From positions 88,350,001-88,414,000 of the forward strand of contig OZ024741.1 in NCBI GenBank assembly GCA_964016885.1: DNA of 64,000 nucleotides. Reading direction: 5' to 3'. The notes beneath the pieces are model-generated. The model searched no databases. It saw only the letters and a list, made by a program, of their open reading frames with translations, and was not told the DNA's origin. Source of the stretch: Eledone cirrhosa. Its lineage: Eukaryota. Positions 29,190 through 41,967 of the stretch are shown here, one piece after another. Numbering within the stretch: the first letter of the stretch is position 1; each line of letters begins with the position of its first letter. A program made the translations under genes and the position numbers.

Positions 29190-29700
29190 TGCATGAAACC
29201 ACATTTACAAAAGATTCTTGAAAAGTATTAAACAGCACTACAACTGCATCAAATTATACATTAAGGTCTTTACACTAATATTGCAAAATGTTTACATTGA
29301 TCTCCAGTAGTAAGATACTATAAACATTTGAATTAACAACCCACATGAAACCACATTTGCAAAAGATTCTTGAAAAGTACAAAACAACACTATGACTGCA
29401 TCAAATTATACATTAAGGTCTTTACACCAATATTGCACAATGTTCACAATAATCTGTCCACTAGTAAAGATACTATAAACATTTGAATCAACAAATACAT
29501 TTTAAAATATTTTCTGTTAAATCATTACAAAATGTTAAGAGGCAATTGACATGCAGAGGGAACTTTATTTTTAGCATAATTGACTGCATAACATTAATAA
29601 ACTTTACTCCAATACTACTAGCTGGCAGTAAGGACACTGTAAACATTTGAATTAACAAACCTGCTTTTAGATATTTTCTGACAAATCATTAGAGGAATGT
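29190..29700. repeat. Dispersed, locally tandem AT-rich repeat (relatives at about 34050-34265, 36835-37010, 44020-44170)
   Basis: Repeated catgaaaccacattt..aaaagattcttgaaaagta and tagtaaagatactataaacatttga blocks. Confidence 0.7.
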
Positions 29701-30295
29701 TATAAGTTGGGTCAGGAATAAATTGTTTTAGCTTCAGGGAGGATGGGGGGGGGGGGATACCTTGACAGCAAATAATTGATAACCTGATAGAGAGAAAGAC
29801 AAAGAAACGAAGAGATGGGGAAAGGGAATAAAGGAAGAAAAGAAAGGAAATAAAGGATAAAAGAAAAGGAGGAAATGAAAAAAAGGGAAGGTAAAAAAGA
29901 AAAAAAAGGAAAAAAGACTAAAGAAGAAAAGGGAGGAAGGAAAGGGGGGGAAAAGTAAACAAGTAAGGAAAGGGGAATAAAAAACAGATGTTACAGGAGG
30001 AGGAGAAATTTAGACATGTTAAGCTAAAAAGTTTAATATGTTGGTGTATGTGGAAGTTGTCTTCATAAAGGAAACTATTGAAAATAACTGTTCAAAGGGA
30101 TCAAATAGGATTTAAAAGAAACATTGGTACAACAGAAATATTTTGGTTAATAAGAAAATTATATATATGTATTTGTGTGTATATAATAATTTGTGTGAAT
30201 TGTATGTATGTATAATACATATAAAAATATAATATACTGTAACTTATATATATTGTAGGGAGATAATTACATAGATAAAAGAGGCACATACACAC

Positions 30296-30356
<61 letters not shown>

Positions 30357-30850
30357 CGCGTGTGTGTGTGTGTGTAAAGGGATAAAGATTAAGAAACTCA
30401 GCAGGGCTGTCAGAAAAAAATACAAATATCAGATGGTGACAATGTAGCTTGAGGGGTGGATTTAAACATTAAAAGAGAGAAAGAGAAAGACAGGCGTAAA
30501 ATGGGAAATGATACAGTGATGGGGTGGAGAGAGAGCTGTTTAAAATATAGGAAGAGACTGAAAGAAATAGGTATCTGATAAATACTTTAACCCTTTTGGC
30601 CCCAAACCACCACCGCTTCTATGAAACAAAACCACCCATTTTATAGGGTTCCTATCTATATTAAAATCTTCCAACATAATTAGATATAAGAACCTTTTGT
30701 TAAGTTATGTTATGAATACCATCTTAATAATGAAATGATAATTTTAGTAAATATCTTCAAAATGTTCACCTATTAATTCAAATACAGTATATTTTATCAG
30801 AAATAGTGTAATGAAAAGATTAAATCAAAGAAGAAAACTGAAAGACTCAC

Positions 30851-30865
30851 CACAACCACTACCAT
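30851..30865 (-). CDS. Candidate short first coding exon (MVVVV) of the ANKRD29-like gene
   Basis: ATG GTA GTG GTT GTG|gtgagt gives a consensus donor in phase 0, compatible with the 10420-10530 exon. It is preceded by TE-poor, CT-rich UTR-like sequence. The peptide has no homology support. Confidence 0.25.
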
Positions 30866-31642
30866 AGTTTAGAGATATGTTTGGGTGGGATAGATGGATG
30901 AATGAGCGTTGTCTGTCTGTCTGTGTTTTTGTTTTGGAGTGTTAAGAGGTAGATGTTGAGAATATAGTTATAGTCATCACTGTCACCAGACAACTACTAC
31001 TACTAACTACTACAGTACTGGCAACACTAGTATTTAGTATTTGTGACTATGCTGAGTATTTGAAGTGTTGAGATTGGGTGGTAATAATAATAATGATAAT
31101 AATAGCAGCTTCACCTGTTGAAGGAAAGACAGATCGAATGAGGATGGGGAGGAGCAAATATAAGAAAAAGGAGAAAACGAAAATAGAACATGGATCAGAA
31201 AGGGGTTTCCATGAGAAAGGGAGAGGATGAGAGAAAGAGAGAGTGTGTGTTTGTATTAATGGGAGGGGGTAGAAGCTGGGTGTTTAAAGAAACAAGCAAC
31301 CAATAATATACCAATGTTTATTGGTCAGGGACTATAGAGATAACAAGCAAGCAGGTAGGTGGTTGGACATCAAAGGACAACAGAAACTAAATAAGAAATA
31401 AGACTAATGACCAGGGAATTGGGGGGAAGGAAGACTTGGCACTGCACCTATCTGTACTTCCATGGTCAACAGTTTAATTATTAGCCACTATTTATAAAAA
31501 TAAAACAAAAAGGACACTTAATAGCAGTGATCATACAGCTAAGTGGAAATCCAGTAGTTTTACACAATTGTCACACTTTCACACTAGTACATATTGTGTT
31601 AAGGAGTAAACATCCAACTGTGTAAACATGATCTCCCATCAC

Positions 31643-32300
31643 AGCCCAGTACATCATACAACATCACAGAACATCATACAACATCACATCACACCACAGC
31701 ACATCATACAGCACCACATTATATCACACCACAGAACATCATACAGCACCACATTATATCACACCACAGCACATCATACAGCACCACATCATATCACACT
31801 ACAGAACATCATACAGCACCCCATTATATCACACCACAGAACATCATACAACATCACAGCACATGATACAATACCACATAATATCACACCACAGAACATC
31901 ATACACCACAGAACATCATACAACACCACATCATACATCACAGCACATCATACAACACCACATCATATCACACCACAGTACATCATACAACATCACAGCA
32001 CATCATACATCATATCACAGCACACCACAGCACATTATATCACAGCACACCACAGCACATCATATCCCACAACAGACCATCATACAACACCACATCAAAT
32101 CACACCACAGCACATCACATCATACCACACCACAGCACATCATATAACAGCACATCACCGCACATCATTTCACACCACAGCACATCATATCACACAACAC
32201 CACACCCCATCTCATCACATCATATCATACCACACCACAGCACATCACATAACACCACATCATATCACACAACATCACATTGTATCACACAACACCACAC
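31643..32300. repeat. Degenerate pentanucleotide satellite (CACAT/CACAG/CATAT variants)
   Basis: 5-nt periodic low-complexity tract. Confidence 0.9.
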
Positions 32301-32967
32301 CGCAGCTATGCACTAGCAGCACCATAATACAACAATAGTGACTAAGTTAATGTATGGTGTTGCTCAACCTGTTAGAAATTGCAGCCAAACCTCCATCAAA
32401 TCACATTTTACTATCTTTCAAAAAGGACATATTGAATGATATAGTTTTGTATGTATGGTCCAGTAACTCCTGATAGAGTCGTAGGGTTGCCATATTGACA
32501 TAGTGTTTCTTGGCCATTTTAAGCCTGGCAGAGCCCATCCCCTCACCAGGCCTGAGTACAGCAGATTTCTTCCAGAGAAAGATAAAAAGTGAGAGAGAGG
32601 AAATGAAAAAGAGATATAGAGGAAGAATCCAGCCCAGTACAAGACTGGTACTTTTTTTTTATCGACCTCGAAAGGATGAAAGGCAAAGTTGATCTCGACG
32701 GGATTTGAGCTCAGAGGGCAGAGAGCCGGAGCAAATACCATAAAGTATTCTATGTATTCTATCTGACATACTAATGATTCTGCCAATTCGCCACCTCTGA
32801 TATAATTTTACACACCCTTAAAACATGGCTTTAAAAAACTGGAGTTAAAAAATGACAACAGTAAAGGATCGTGACTGATTTAACCCTTCTAATACCAACC
32901 CACCTGAGACTGCCAGTACTAAAGTCTTCATATTTAAATTATAAAATCCATTATAATATAAACTATA

Positions 32968-33182
32968 TTTGAAATTCGAAAGTATAGTAGTCACAATGCA
33001 GGTAACTATAATAATAGTTGATAACTACAAATAATAGTTGTATAAATTGAGTAAAGTGACCCTGGAGACAAAAAAAAATATGAACAAAGACACCTGCAGG
33101 AAATCAAACCACATACCTCTTGTATGACAGGCAAGCCCATTTAACCATTATGCCAACTGGCCACTGGTTACTTATTACAGTG
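32968..33182 (-). mobile_element. tRNA(Asp)-like-headed repeat, unfolded relative of the 10631 and 37897 fold-backs
   Basis: Minus strand reads ggccagttggcataatggtt...cttgc-ctGTCat-acaag...ggtttgatttcc, then a tail similar to the fold-back arms. Confidence 0.6.
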
Positions 33183-34265
33183 ATGTTTTCTTTTTTTTTT
33201 TTTTAATCATGTACCTAGAAGTGTTAGTAGTGTAAACAAGCTTGGTTGACTTATGAAGCATTGGGAAATTTGAAAGAGCTACTTCTCTGAATTGAGAAAT
33301 CACAGCTTCAATACTATGAGCATGTGGTTAGAATGTCTCAGGAAAGAATTGCTGGACAGATTTTACGAGCAAAACCAACCGGCAGAAGACCCAGGAGTAG
33401 ACTCCAAGCAAGATGGTTGGATAACATCCATGAGCTTGACTGGTCTCACTTGGAAATCCAGTCTGATCAGTTGGAGATGGTTGCTTCTGACAGGACCCGG
33501 TGGAAGGAGTGTTTGAGGATTCTGCCCCCATAACCCTCTCAGAAAGAAAAAGAAGAGGTGTTTGGCTCATGATCATTAGGTCATGAGTTCCAATAAGTTG
33601 CAGATTGGTGGTGGTGGTGGGGAGTTATGTCTGCGGTACGTGGACATTCTATCAATGCTAGGTGAAGTTATGTGGTTTAGTGGTTAGGGTGTTTGGCTGG
33701 CCATTGTAAAATTATAAGTTCCATTCCTGGTGGCACGATGAGTCCTTGAGCTAGACACTTTATTTCATGTTGCTCCAGTTTGCTCAGCTGGCAAAAAGGA
33801 GTTGTATCTGTAATTCCAAAAACCAACTTTGTCACAAACTGTGTCACACTGAATCTCATTAAAGGAATTACATTAAGGATATATGTATCTATGGAATGTT
33901 CAGCCACTTACATGTTAATTTCCTAAGTATCCAATCAAAATATTTTAATCTTTAATGTGACTTCTGTTCTTGCTTCTTCTCTGCACTCCCAAGAACTGAA
34001 TTTTGCACCCCTTGAGGATGCTGGCACCCCAGGTTAAGAACCACTGATGTAATGGTTTAGCAGAAAATATCTAAAAATAGGTTTGTTAATTTGAGTGTTT
34101 ATTGTATTTTTACTAGTAGATAGATCATAGTGAAAATTTACAGTATTAACTCTAAGACATCCTGTAATAATTTATCAGAAAATATTTAGAAACAGGTTTG
34201 TTAATTCAAATGATTATAGTATCTTTACTAGTGAACAGATAGTTGTGAAAATATGCAACATTAAC

Positions 34266-36834
34266 TGAGGTCTGTGGCTGGAGTAAGACCACAGGCAGGA
34301 GGAGAGTGACTTGGTGGTGGAACAATAAGGTAGATGAGGCGGTTAAGGCCAAGAGACAGGCATGGAAAGAATGGAAAAACAGGGGGAACAGGGTACATTA
34401 CATAGAGACCAAGAGGGAAGCTAGGCGACAAGTATACTTAGCTAGGAGGGAAGCAGAGAATAAAAAATTCAAGTATGTTTTGCAGCGTGAGGACCAGAAA
34501 CAGGAGGTGTTCAAGATTGCGAGGCAGTGTGTCAGAGAGAATTGTTATGTCATTGGAGAGAAGTGTATCCGGAATGATAAAAGTGAGCTTGCCCTCACAA
34601 GTGCTGAGAAGAAAGATGCATGGAAGAGTCATTATGATAGATTACTAAATAAGGAGAATGCATGGGAAGAAGAGACCCTACTCCAAGTAGACCCTATAGA
34701 GGGGCCAGCAGTACAAGTCAGCAGCAGCGTAGTAAGTCAGGCAATCAAAGATATGAAGATGGAGAAGGCAACCGGTCCATCGGGTATAGCTGCCGAGATG
34801 CTGAAGGCATCTGGGTCTGTAGGTCACACTATAACCACACGTATTGTTAACCAGGTAATACTAGAAGGTGTCATACCAAAAGATTGGTGCAGTAGCATCA
34901 TTGTCAACTGCTACAAAGGTAAAGGTGATGCACTCGATAGAGGAAACTATAGAGGTATAAAGCTGATGGACCAGGTCATGAAAGTAACAGAAAGAGTTAT
35001 AGCACAGTTGATTAGGGACTGGGTGAAACTAGATGAGATACAATTTGGGTTTGTACCAGGAAGAAGCACCACTGATGCCCTCTTCCTTGTGAGGCAGTTA
35101 CAGGAAAAGTACCTAGCTAAAAGTAAGCCATTCTACCTGGCATTCATCAATCTCGAGAAAGCCTTTGACAGAGTTCCACGTGCTGTAACCTGGTGGGTTC
35201 TTAGAAAACTAGGAGTAGATGAATGGCTTGTGAAAGCGGTACAAGCCATGTATAGGGTAGCTGTCAGCAAAGTTAGGATTAGCAATGAGTATAGCGAGGA
35301 ATTTAGCGTACAGGTTGGGGTCCACCAGGGCTCTGTTCTTAGCCCTCTCCTGTTCATCATAGTCCTGCAGGCAATAACGGAGGAGTTTAAGACCGGATGC
35401 CCATGGGAACTCCTGTATGCTGATGACCTTGCACTTATAGCTGAATCTATGGTAGAACTAGAGAATAAATTCCAAACTTGGAAGCAGGGACTAGAAAGAA
35501 AGGGTTTCAAAGTCAACATGACAAAGACTAAGGTCCTTGTAAGTAGATGAGAAAACAGAACCCAGACCCCCGCAGGGAAATGGCCTTGCTCAGTATGTAG
35601 GAAAGGTGTAGGTAGGAACTCCATTCTCTGCCCCAAATGCAAACAATGGGTACACAAGAGATGTAGCGGGATCTCAGGAAGCTTAATTAAGAATGTAGGC
35701 TTCACATGCAGCAGCTGTACTGGGACAGCAAGCAGCAAACAGCCACAGGAAACAAGTACCACCAATCTCTGTGTACCAATCTCTTGTGTACCCATTGTTT
35801 GCATTTGGGGCAGAGAATGGAGTTCCTACCTACACCTTTCCTACATACTGAGCAAGGCCATTTCCCTGAGGGGGTCTGGGTTCTGTTTTCTCGTCTACTT
35901 ACAAGGACCTTAGTCTTTGTCATGTTGACTTTGAGACCCTTTCTTTCTAGTCCCTGCTTCCAGGTGACCGAATTAGCAGCGAAGGGGTGTGTTCAGAAAG
36001 TACAATAACTAGAGTAAGAACGGGATTGGAGAAGTTCAGGGAACTACTACCACTGCTAGCTGCAAAAGGCTTCTCCCTCAAAATGAAAGGCAGACTGTAT
36101 GATGCATGTATCCGAACAGCAATGTTACATGGTAGTGAGACCTGGGCGCTGAAGGTGGAAGACTTACGTAGATTAGAGAGAAACGAAGCCTGCATGCTCC
36201 GATGGATGTGTAATAGTAATATACGCGAATGACAAAGCATAAATGAATTGAGAGAGAGACTGAGCATAAGAGGAATCAAATGCTGTGTGCAGGAGAGGCG
36301 GATGCGTTGGTATGGACATGTGATGCGTATGAAGGATGACAGTTGCATAAAAAGGTGCAGAGCACTAGAAGTCGATGGAAACCGCGGAGTGGGGAGACCC
36401 AAGATGACCTGGGATGAGGTGATAAAAGCCGACCTTACCCAATTACACCTCTCAATTACACGACCGAGACCTCTGGCGTCACGCAGTAATACAGAGTACC
36501 CGACCTCCCATGGGTACAAGCTGAAGCATATAGACAATATGCCCCCACACCCTCCCACTGCAAGGTGGTGGTGGTGGAGGTGCCACGGCAAAAAAGCACC
36601 CAGCCCACACTGTAAAGTGGACGTGTAGGCGCCACGAAAAAGCACCCAGCACTCACTGTAAATGAGGTTGGTGTTAGGAAGGGCATCCAGCTGTAGAAAT
36701 CAAGCCAAATCAGTTCCTGTATGAGCAAGGCATGGTCAGCCGACCAGACACTGCCCACAACAGGACAACCCGTCTAACCCATGCTAGCGTGGAAGAACGG
36801 ACGTAAAACGGTGATGATGATGATGATGATGATG
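34266..36834 (+). mobile_element. RTE LINE family A copy 2 (5'-truncated, internal inverted duplication)
   Basis: 414-aa RT ORF (NYRGIKL, QFGF, DLEKAFD variant, GVHQGSVLSP, YADD), PHD, C-terminus and (tga)n tail. Possible aact duplication at the ends. Confidence 0.95.
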
Positions 36835-37896
36835 AACTCTTAACATTCTGTAATGAATTAACAGAAAATATCTAATAATAGCTTTGTTAATTTAAATGTT
36901 TATAGTTTACCTACTAGTGGACAGGTCGTAATGAAAATTTGTTGTAAACTAAAGTAAAGATTTTAATTTTTAATGTAATGCAGTCATAGTGTTGTTTTGA
37001 ATTTAAAAATGTCTTGCTTGGTACAGGACATTAAGTGTCAACAACACTCTAACAGATGAAATATTCCTCTGTAGTGCACAAAATGTCAAAATGTTAGCAA
37101 TCGCCAATTATGAATTCATTTTTTCTTGAAAATACTCTTATATAAAGAATATGTGAGAATTTGAACTTTTTTGTTAATTCTACTTTCATCTTCTTTATGT
37201 TAATTCTTTTAAATTTTAACACAAGGATGTAAGTTAATAAGCTTTTGTTTGCAATGTTGCATGATTCTTAAGCAAATACAAACTGATAAGGCAAATCAAT
37301 GATATTTGTTCTCACATGACTTATTTGTTTAAAGAAGCATTGAATTAATTTAGGCTACCAATATGTTATTATCTTATGCAAGTATGACAAGTGGAATAAC
37401 AACTGCTTGGCCTTTAGTAATCAGTACTTAACAATGAGTAAGTAGCATTACTGATTTCAAGAGAAAGACCTGTGTACTTCATGCCTTTACCAAAGACATA
37501 CAACACAAAGCATAAAATAGTTAAACTAAGAATCACAACCAAATTTACAAACTTGATTCACCAGGTTTTGATACTCACCAGTTAATTAGCTAATTATAAT
37601 TTCCCAAACAGAAAGTATTTATTTTTCATAAAGACTAGTTACATAAAATTAACCTGTCATATATACAATTGCCATGTGTATCCTATATTTTTAGAATAGG
37701 TACACCATATCTCTGTGTGTTGTAAGAAGCAACTAAAAGGGTTGGTGTCAAGAAGGGCATCCAGATGCAAAACATTGCTTCAAAAAATCCAAACCATGCT
37801 AGTATGGAAAAGTTGATGTAAAAACGATGATGATGATGAATTTAAAAGGAAGTATTTTATATCAGTGGCTTATATAATTTAACTAACATTTTCCAT

Positions 37897-38055
37897 AATG
37901 TAGTTGAATAAAATCAGGGATCAGCCACTTGAAATAACAAAAAGTGAAGAGGTGTGGTTCAATTCCCACAGGTAATTCTGTTTGCATTTTTCTGTCTCAA
38001 GTGGTTATACCCCCAGTTTTACTCAACTATATTACAGTTAATACACATTGTAGTG
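37897..38055. repeat. Second tRNA-B-box-centred fold-back element
   Basis: Arms 37897-37943 / 37987-38033 around gaggtgtggttcaattccc. Confidence 0.65.
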
Positions 38056-39411
38056 GCCTTTTATGAGAGGCAAACCCTTCTCTTATTAAATGCTCCTTAA
38101 GCCTTGTTTACATTCTAAACTTTTCTATTTACAATTATTCAACTTAATATAACTTCTGTCTACTTCTTACCTTGTTATTGTTGTAGCACAATTTTGATCA
38201 GTCCTGAGCAGGCCTATCCCTTCTTTAATAGAGTCATTGGGTGGTGTATTGGCAGAATCATCAAAACTTTGGATAGAATGCTTTGTAGCATTTGTTCCAG
38301 CTCTCTGCATTCTGAGTTCAAATCCTGCCAACGTCAAGAAAAAAAGTACCAATCTAGAGAGATTTGAACACAGAGTGCAGAGAGCTAGAACGAATACCAC
38401 AAAGTATTCTATCTGATGCACCAATGTCTCTGCCTCCTCTTTATTCAAATAATTATAAATGTTTTGGGTTTTTTTTCTTATTTTACAATTAAAATAGCAT
38501 CAGCAATGAAAACATTGATACTTACAATGTTTTATATCATGTCATATTCAAATTTTAACTCATAATCTTAAGTTATATTTTGACTAGAACCATATACAAC
38601 TGGATATAGTAATATTTTATCCCCTATTTTATGCACAACTATACTATTACACACAACTGGAGCTATAACCCTGTTTCCTTGATATTCTACTCAAACATGG
38701 AGCATGTTCTGGATGTCCATTAAGTTTGATGAGTGATCTAGTTGTTTGATCAATGGCACAGCCTGCTCATGAAATTAATGTGTAAATGACTGAGTATTCC
38801 ACATACATGTGTACCCTTAATCTAGGAGATTCAGCATCACACGGTGTATGACAAGGCTGGTTTTTTTACTTCCAGGTACAGTTCATCTGATAGGTTTCCA
38901 AACAGAACAGTTTCTATCTATCCAATTTCAATCATAAGGCTTCACTTGACAGAAGGTTATGGTAAATGACACTTACCTAAGATGCTACGCAGTGGGATTG
39001 AACCCAGGACCTAATGAATGCAAAGCAAACTTATGAACCATTTGGCCATGCTGTGCCCACTTCTACTTAAAGAGAATCTAATATATTTGGTAAAACGACA
39101 TCAGCCCACTTAAGGTGTACCACTGGGGTGATAGAAATTATTAATAACAGTGTTATTTCTCTTTAAAGTCTCTTTACTGTGGACTCCAAAGCAAAATATA
39201 CATGACAGCTCATCCTTCTTCAAGAACAATAATGAATGTCTAGAATTTTCTTTTGATTCCCAGATGAAGTTACTTAAAGTTTGCTAATACCATAGAGAAA
39301 AACAGGAACATTACACAATGTTGATTCACTTCTATAAATCTGAGGGGTTGTCTATGTAAAACTGTAACAGAATCACTATTGTGTTGAAATGACATATGAG
39401 ATAGGTTAGTA

Positions 39412-40234
39412 GAATGAAAGGCAGGTTGTATGATGCCTGCATACGAACAGCAATGTTACATGGCAGTGAGACCTGGGCATTGCGTGCAGAGGATATACGC
39501 AGACTGGAGAGGAATGAAGCTTGCATGTTCCGCTGGATGTGTAATAGTAATATACGTGAATGGCAAAGCATAAATGAACTAAGGGAGAAATTAGGAATAA
39601 GAGGGATCAGATGCTGTTTACTCGAGAGAAGACTACGTTGGTACGGTCACGTGATGCGCATGAAAGACGACAGCTGTATAAAAAAGTGCAGGGCGATAAA
39701 AATAGATGGTAGCCACGGAGTAGGCAGATCCAGAAAAACCTGGGACAACTTGCTAAATTCCGACCTCACACACTTACACCTCTACAAGACAATGTCACTG
39801 GACCGAGATCTTTGGCGCTACACAGTAATACAGAAGACCCGCCTTGCCTAAGTACAAAGCGAAACCTACAGTCAGTAGGCACCTCTAACAAAAATACACC
39901 CCGGCCCCACTACCCCACCCCATCCACACCACCTCTTCCAATGTAAAGTTATGTTGGTACCACAACATCCAGTCCGAAACAAATGAGATCGTGTAGGTGT
40001 CACGACAAAAAAACACACAGTCCACGCTGTAATGTGGTCGTGTAGGTAACACAGTAAAAACCTCCCAGCCCCACACTGTAAACGTGGTTGGTGTTAGGAA
40101 GGGCATCCAGCTGTAGAAAACCTGCCAGACAGTCCTATGCGAGCAAGACAACCTATCTTGCCTCAAGTGGGAAAATTCCCGTCCAAACCCATGCTAGCGT
40201 GGAAGATGGACGTTAAACGATGATGATGATGATG
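39412..40234 (+). mobile_element. RTE LINE family B 3' fragment
   Basis: KGRLYDACIRTAMLHGSETW...LRWYGHV...QKTRLA*, then 3' UTR and (tga)n. Confidence 0.93.
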
Positions 40235-41289
40235 AATGTCAAACTCAACAATCTGAGTTCAAATACAGATTAGGTCAGTAAAACAATTGCCAGTAACATA
40301 CTGGAACAATTGGCCTTAAAGCAAAACAAAAACTAAAATCCAATAGATCTGCCAGGTCAGGGGTGAATTCAGGCTAAACAACAATAGCAACAACAACAAT
40401 TGAAATACCAATAATTTCTTGATATGCCATCTAGGATCTAAAACTATAAAAATGAAACAATTTTTGCCCTACATAGATAGAATATTGACTGAAGAAGCTA
40501 ATTGCTAATCTGATCCAAAAAGATAATGAGAATCATTCTCTTAGGATATCCTCATTAATATGAGAATCCAATTAGTCAATTGCTTAGTTGAGTTTGCAAA
40601 ATGTCATTCTTTTTCAATCAATCAAAAACTACATCATTCTTTTTTGTAATGATATATTGATATTTTTTCATCAATTTTATGTCCATCCTAGCATGTATCC
40701 AAGGAACACATATCTATGTTTTAGGAACAGCTTTTCTTTCACAAATAAATACCCTTTTCTTTAATACTTGCTCTACCATGATTTGGAAATGTTCCATATT
40801 TTTCAACTAAGTAATGTCTAAGTGCCAAATTTACTCAAATATATAATGAAATGTCCATGTTTTGGGTTTAACTTATCAATATTCTTCTAAGTTCATGCCT
40901 ACACAAAAATTTATTTTCTAAGAATTCAATTTTAATGAACAGGATTTGCAGACAACATGGTGTTACTTAACTCGACAGAAGGTGATCTCTGATTTGCACT
41001 TGATAGGTTAGATACCAAGTGCTGCATGGCTGGAATGAAAATGAGTAGTGCAAAAACTGAGAATCTGATCCTCTCAAGGAAGCCTGTGCAGTGCACGCTA
41101 TATGTGAATGGAGTTCCACTGAAGCATGTGGAGAAGTTCAAGTATCTCGGGGCTGTGTTCACAAGTGATGGAAGGCATGAAGTTGAATTAAGTGCAAGAA
41201 TTGCAGGATCTGGTCCAATAATGAAAGGAGGAGGAGGAGAAGAAGAAGACAGCAGTATAAAAAGGTGAGTGCTCAAAGGTGATTGAAGC

Positions 41290-41967
41290 TATAGACTGAG
41301 GTGATAAAAGCTGACCTTGCCCAATTCCCATGCACCTCCCTCAGCCAAGTCCCCAACCCACACTATAAAGTGGCATCTTGATTCCATGACAAGTGCCCAG
41401 CTCACGCTGTAAAGTGGTCATGTAAGTGTCACGACAAAAAGCACCCAATACACACTGCAAATGTAGTTGGCATTAGGAAGGGCATCCAGCTATAGAAACC
41501 AAGTAAAATCAGTTCTGTGTGAGCAAAACACAGTTATCCAACCTGGCTTGTCTCACAACAGGACAGCTCATCTAACCTATGCTAGCATGGAAACTGAATG
41601 TTAAACGATGATGTTGATGATGATTATGATTATATAATGATAGTGCTTGTGCCATGATAAAATGCTACCGGCCCACACTGTAAAGTGGTAATGTTGGTGT
41701 TACAATATAACGCACCTAGCCCACAGTACTTGTACCACACAAAAAAGCACCCAGTCCACCCTGTCAGGTAGCAATGGTGGTACCATGAAAAAATGAACCC
41801 AATACATACCATTTTGTGGTTGAGAGGGAATCCAGTCGTAGAAACCCTGCTAAAATGGAACTTATGAGCAAGACACTAATCGGACCTGTCTAGCCTCAGT
41901 CCATGACAACACATCCAATCCATGCAAACATGGAAATAGATAGATGTTTAAACAGCAATGATGATGA
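41290..41967 (+). mobile_element. Two tandem RTE-tailed SINE-like elements with internal repeats of about 40 bp (relatives at 43215-43515, 49815-50120, 53455-53845, 54640-54895)
   Basis: Variable numbers of gtgccatgataaaatgcacccagtacactctgtaaagtggt units, then aggaagggcatccagc, then a ccatgctagcatggaa...(tga)n tail. Confidence 0.75.

Noticed and set aside
31628-32338. 236-aa His-rich ORF
   Set aside because: It is the translation of a pentanucleotide satellite that lacks stops by composition.
33089-33162. Functional tRNA-Asp gene
   Set aside because: The acceptor and T stems pair poorly and the sequence is attached to a repeat tail.
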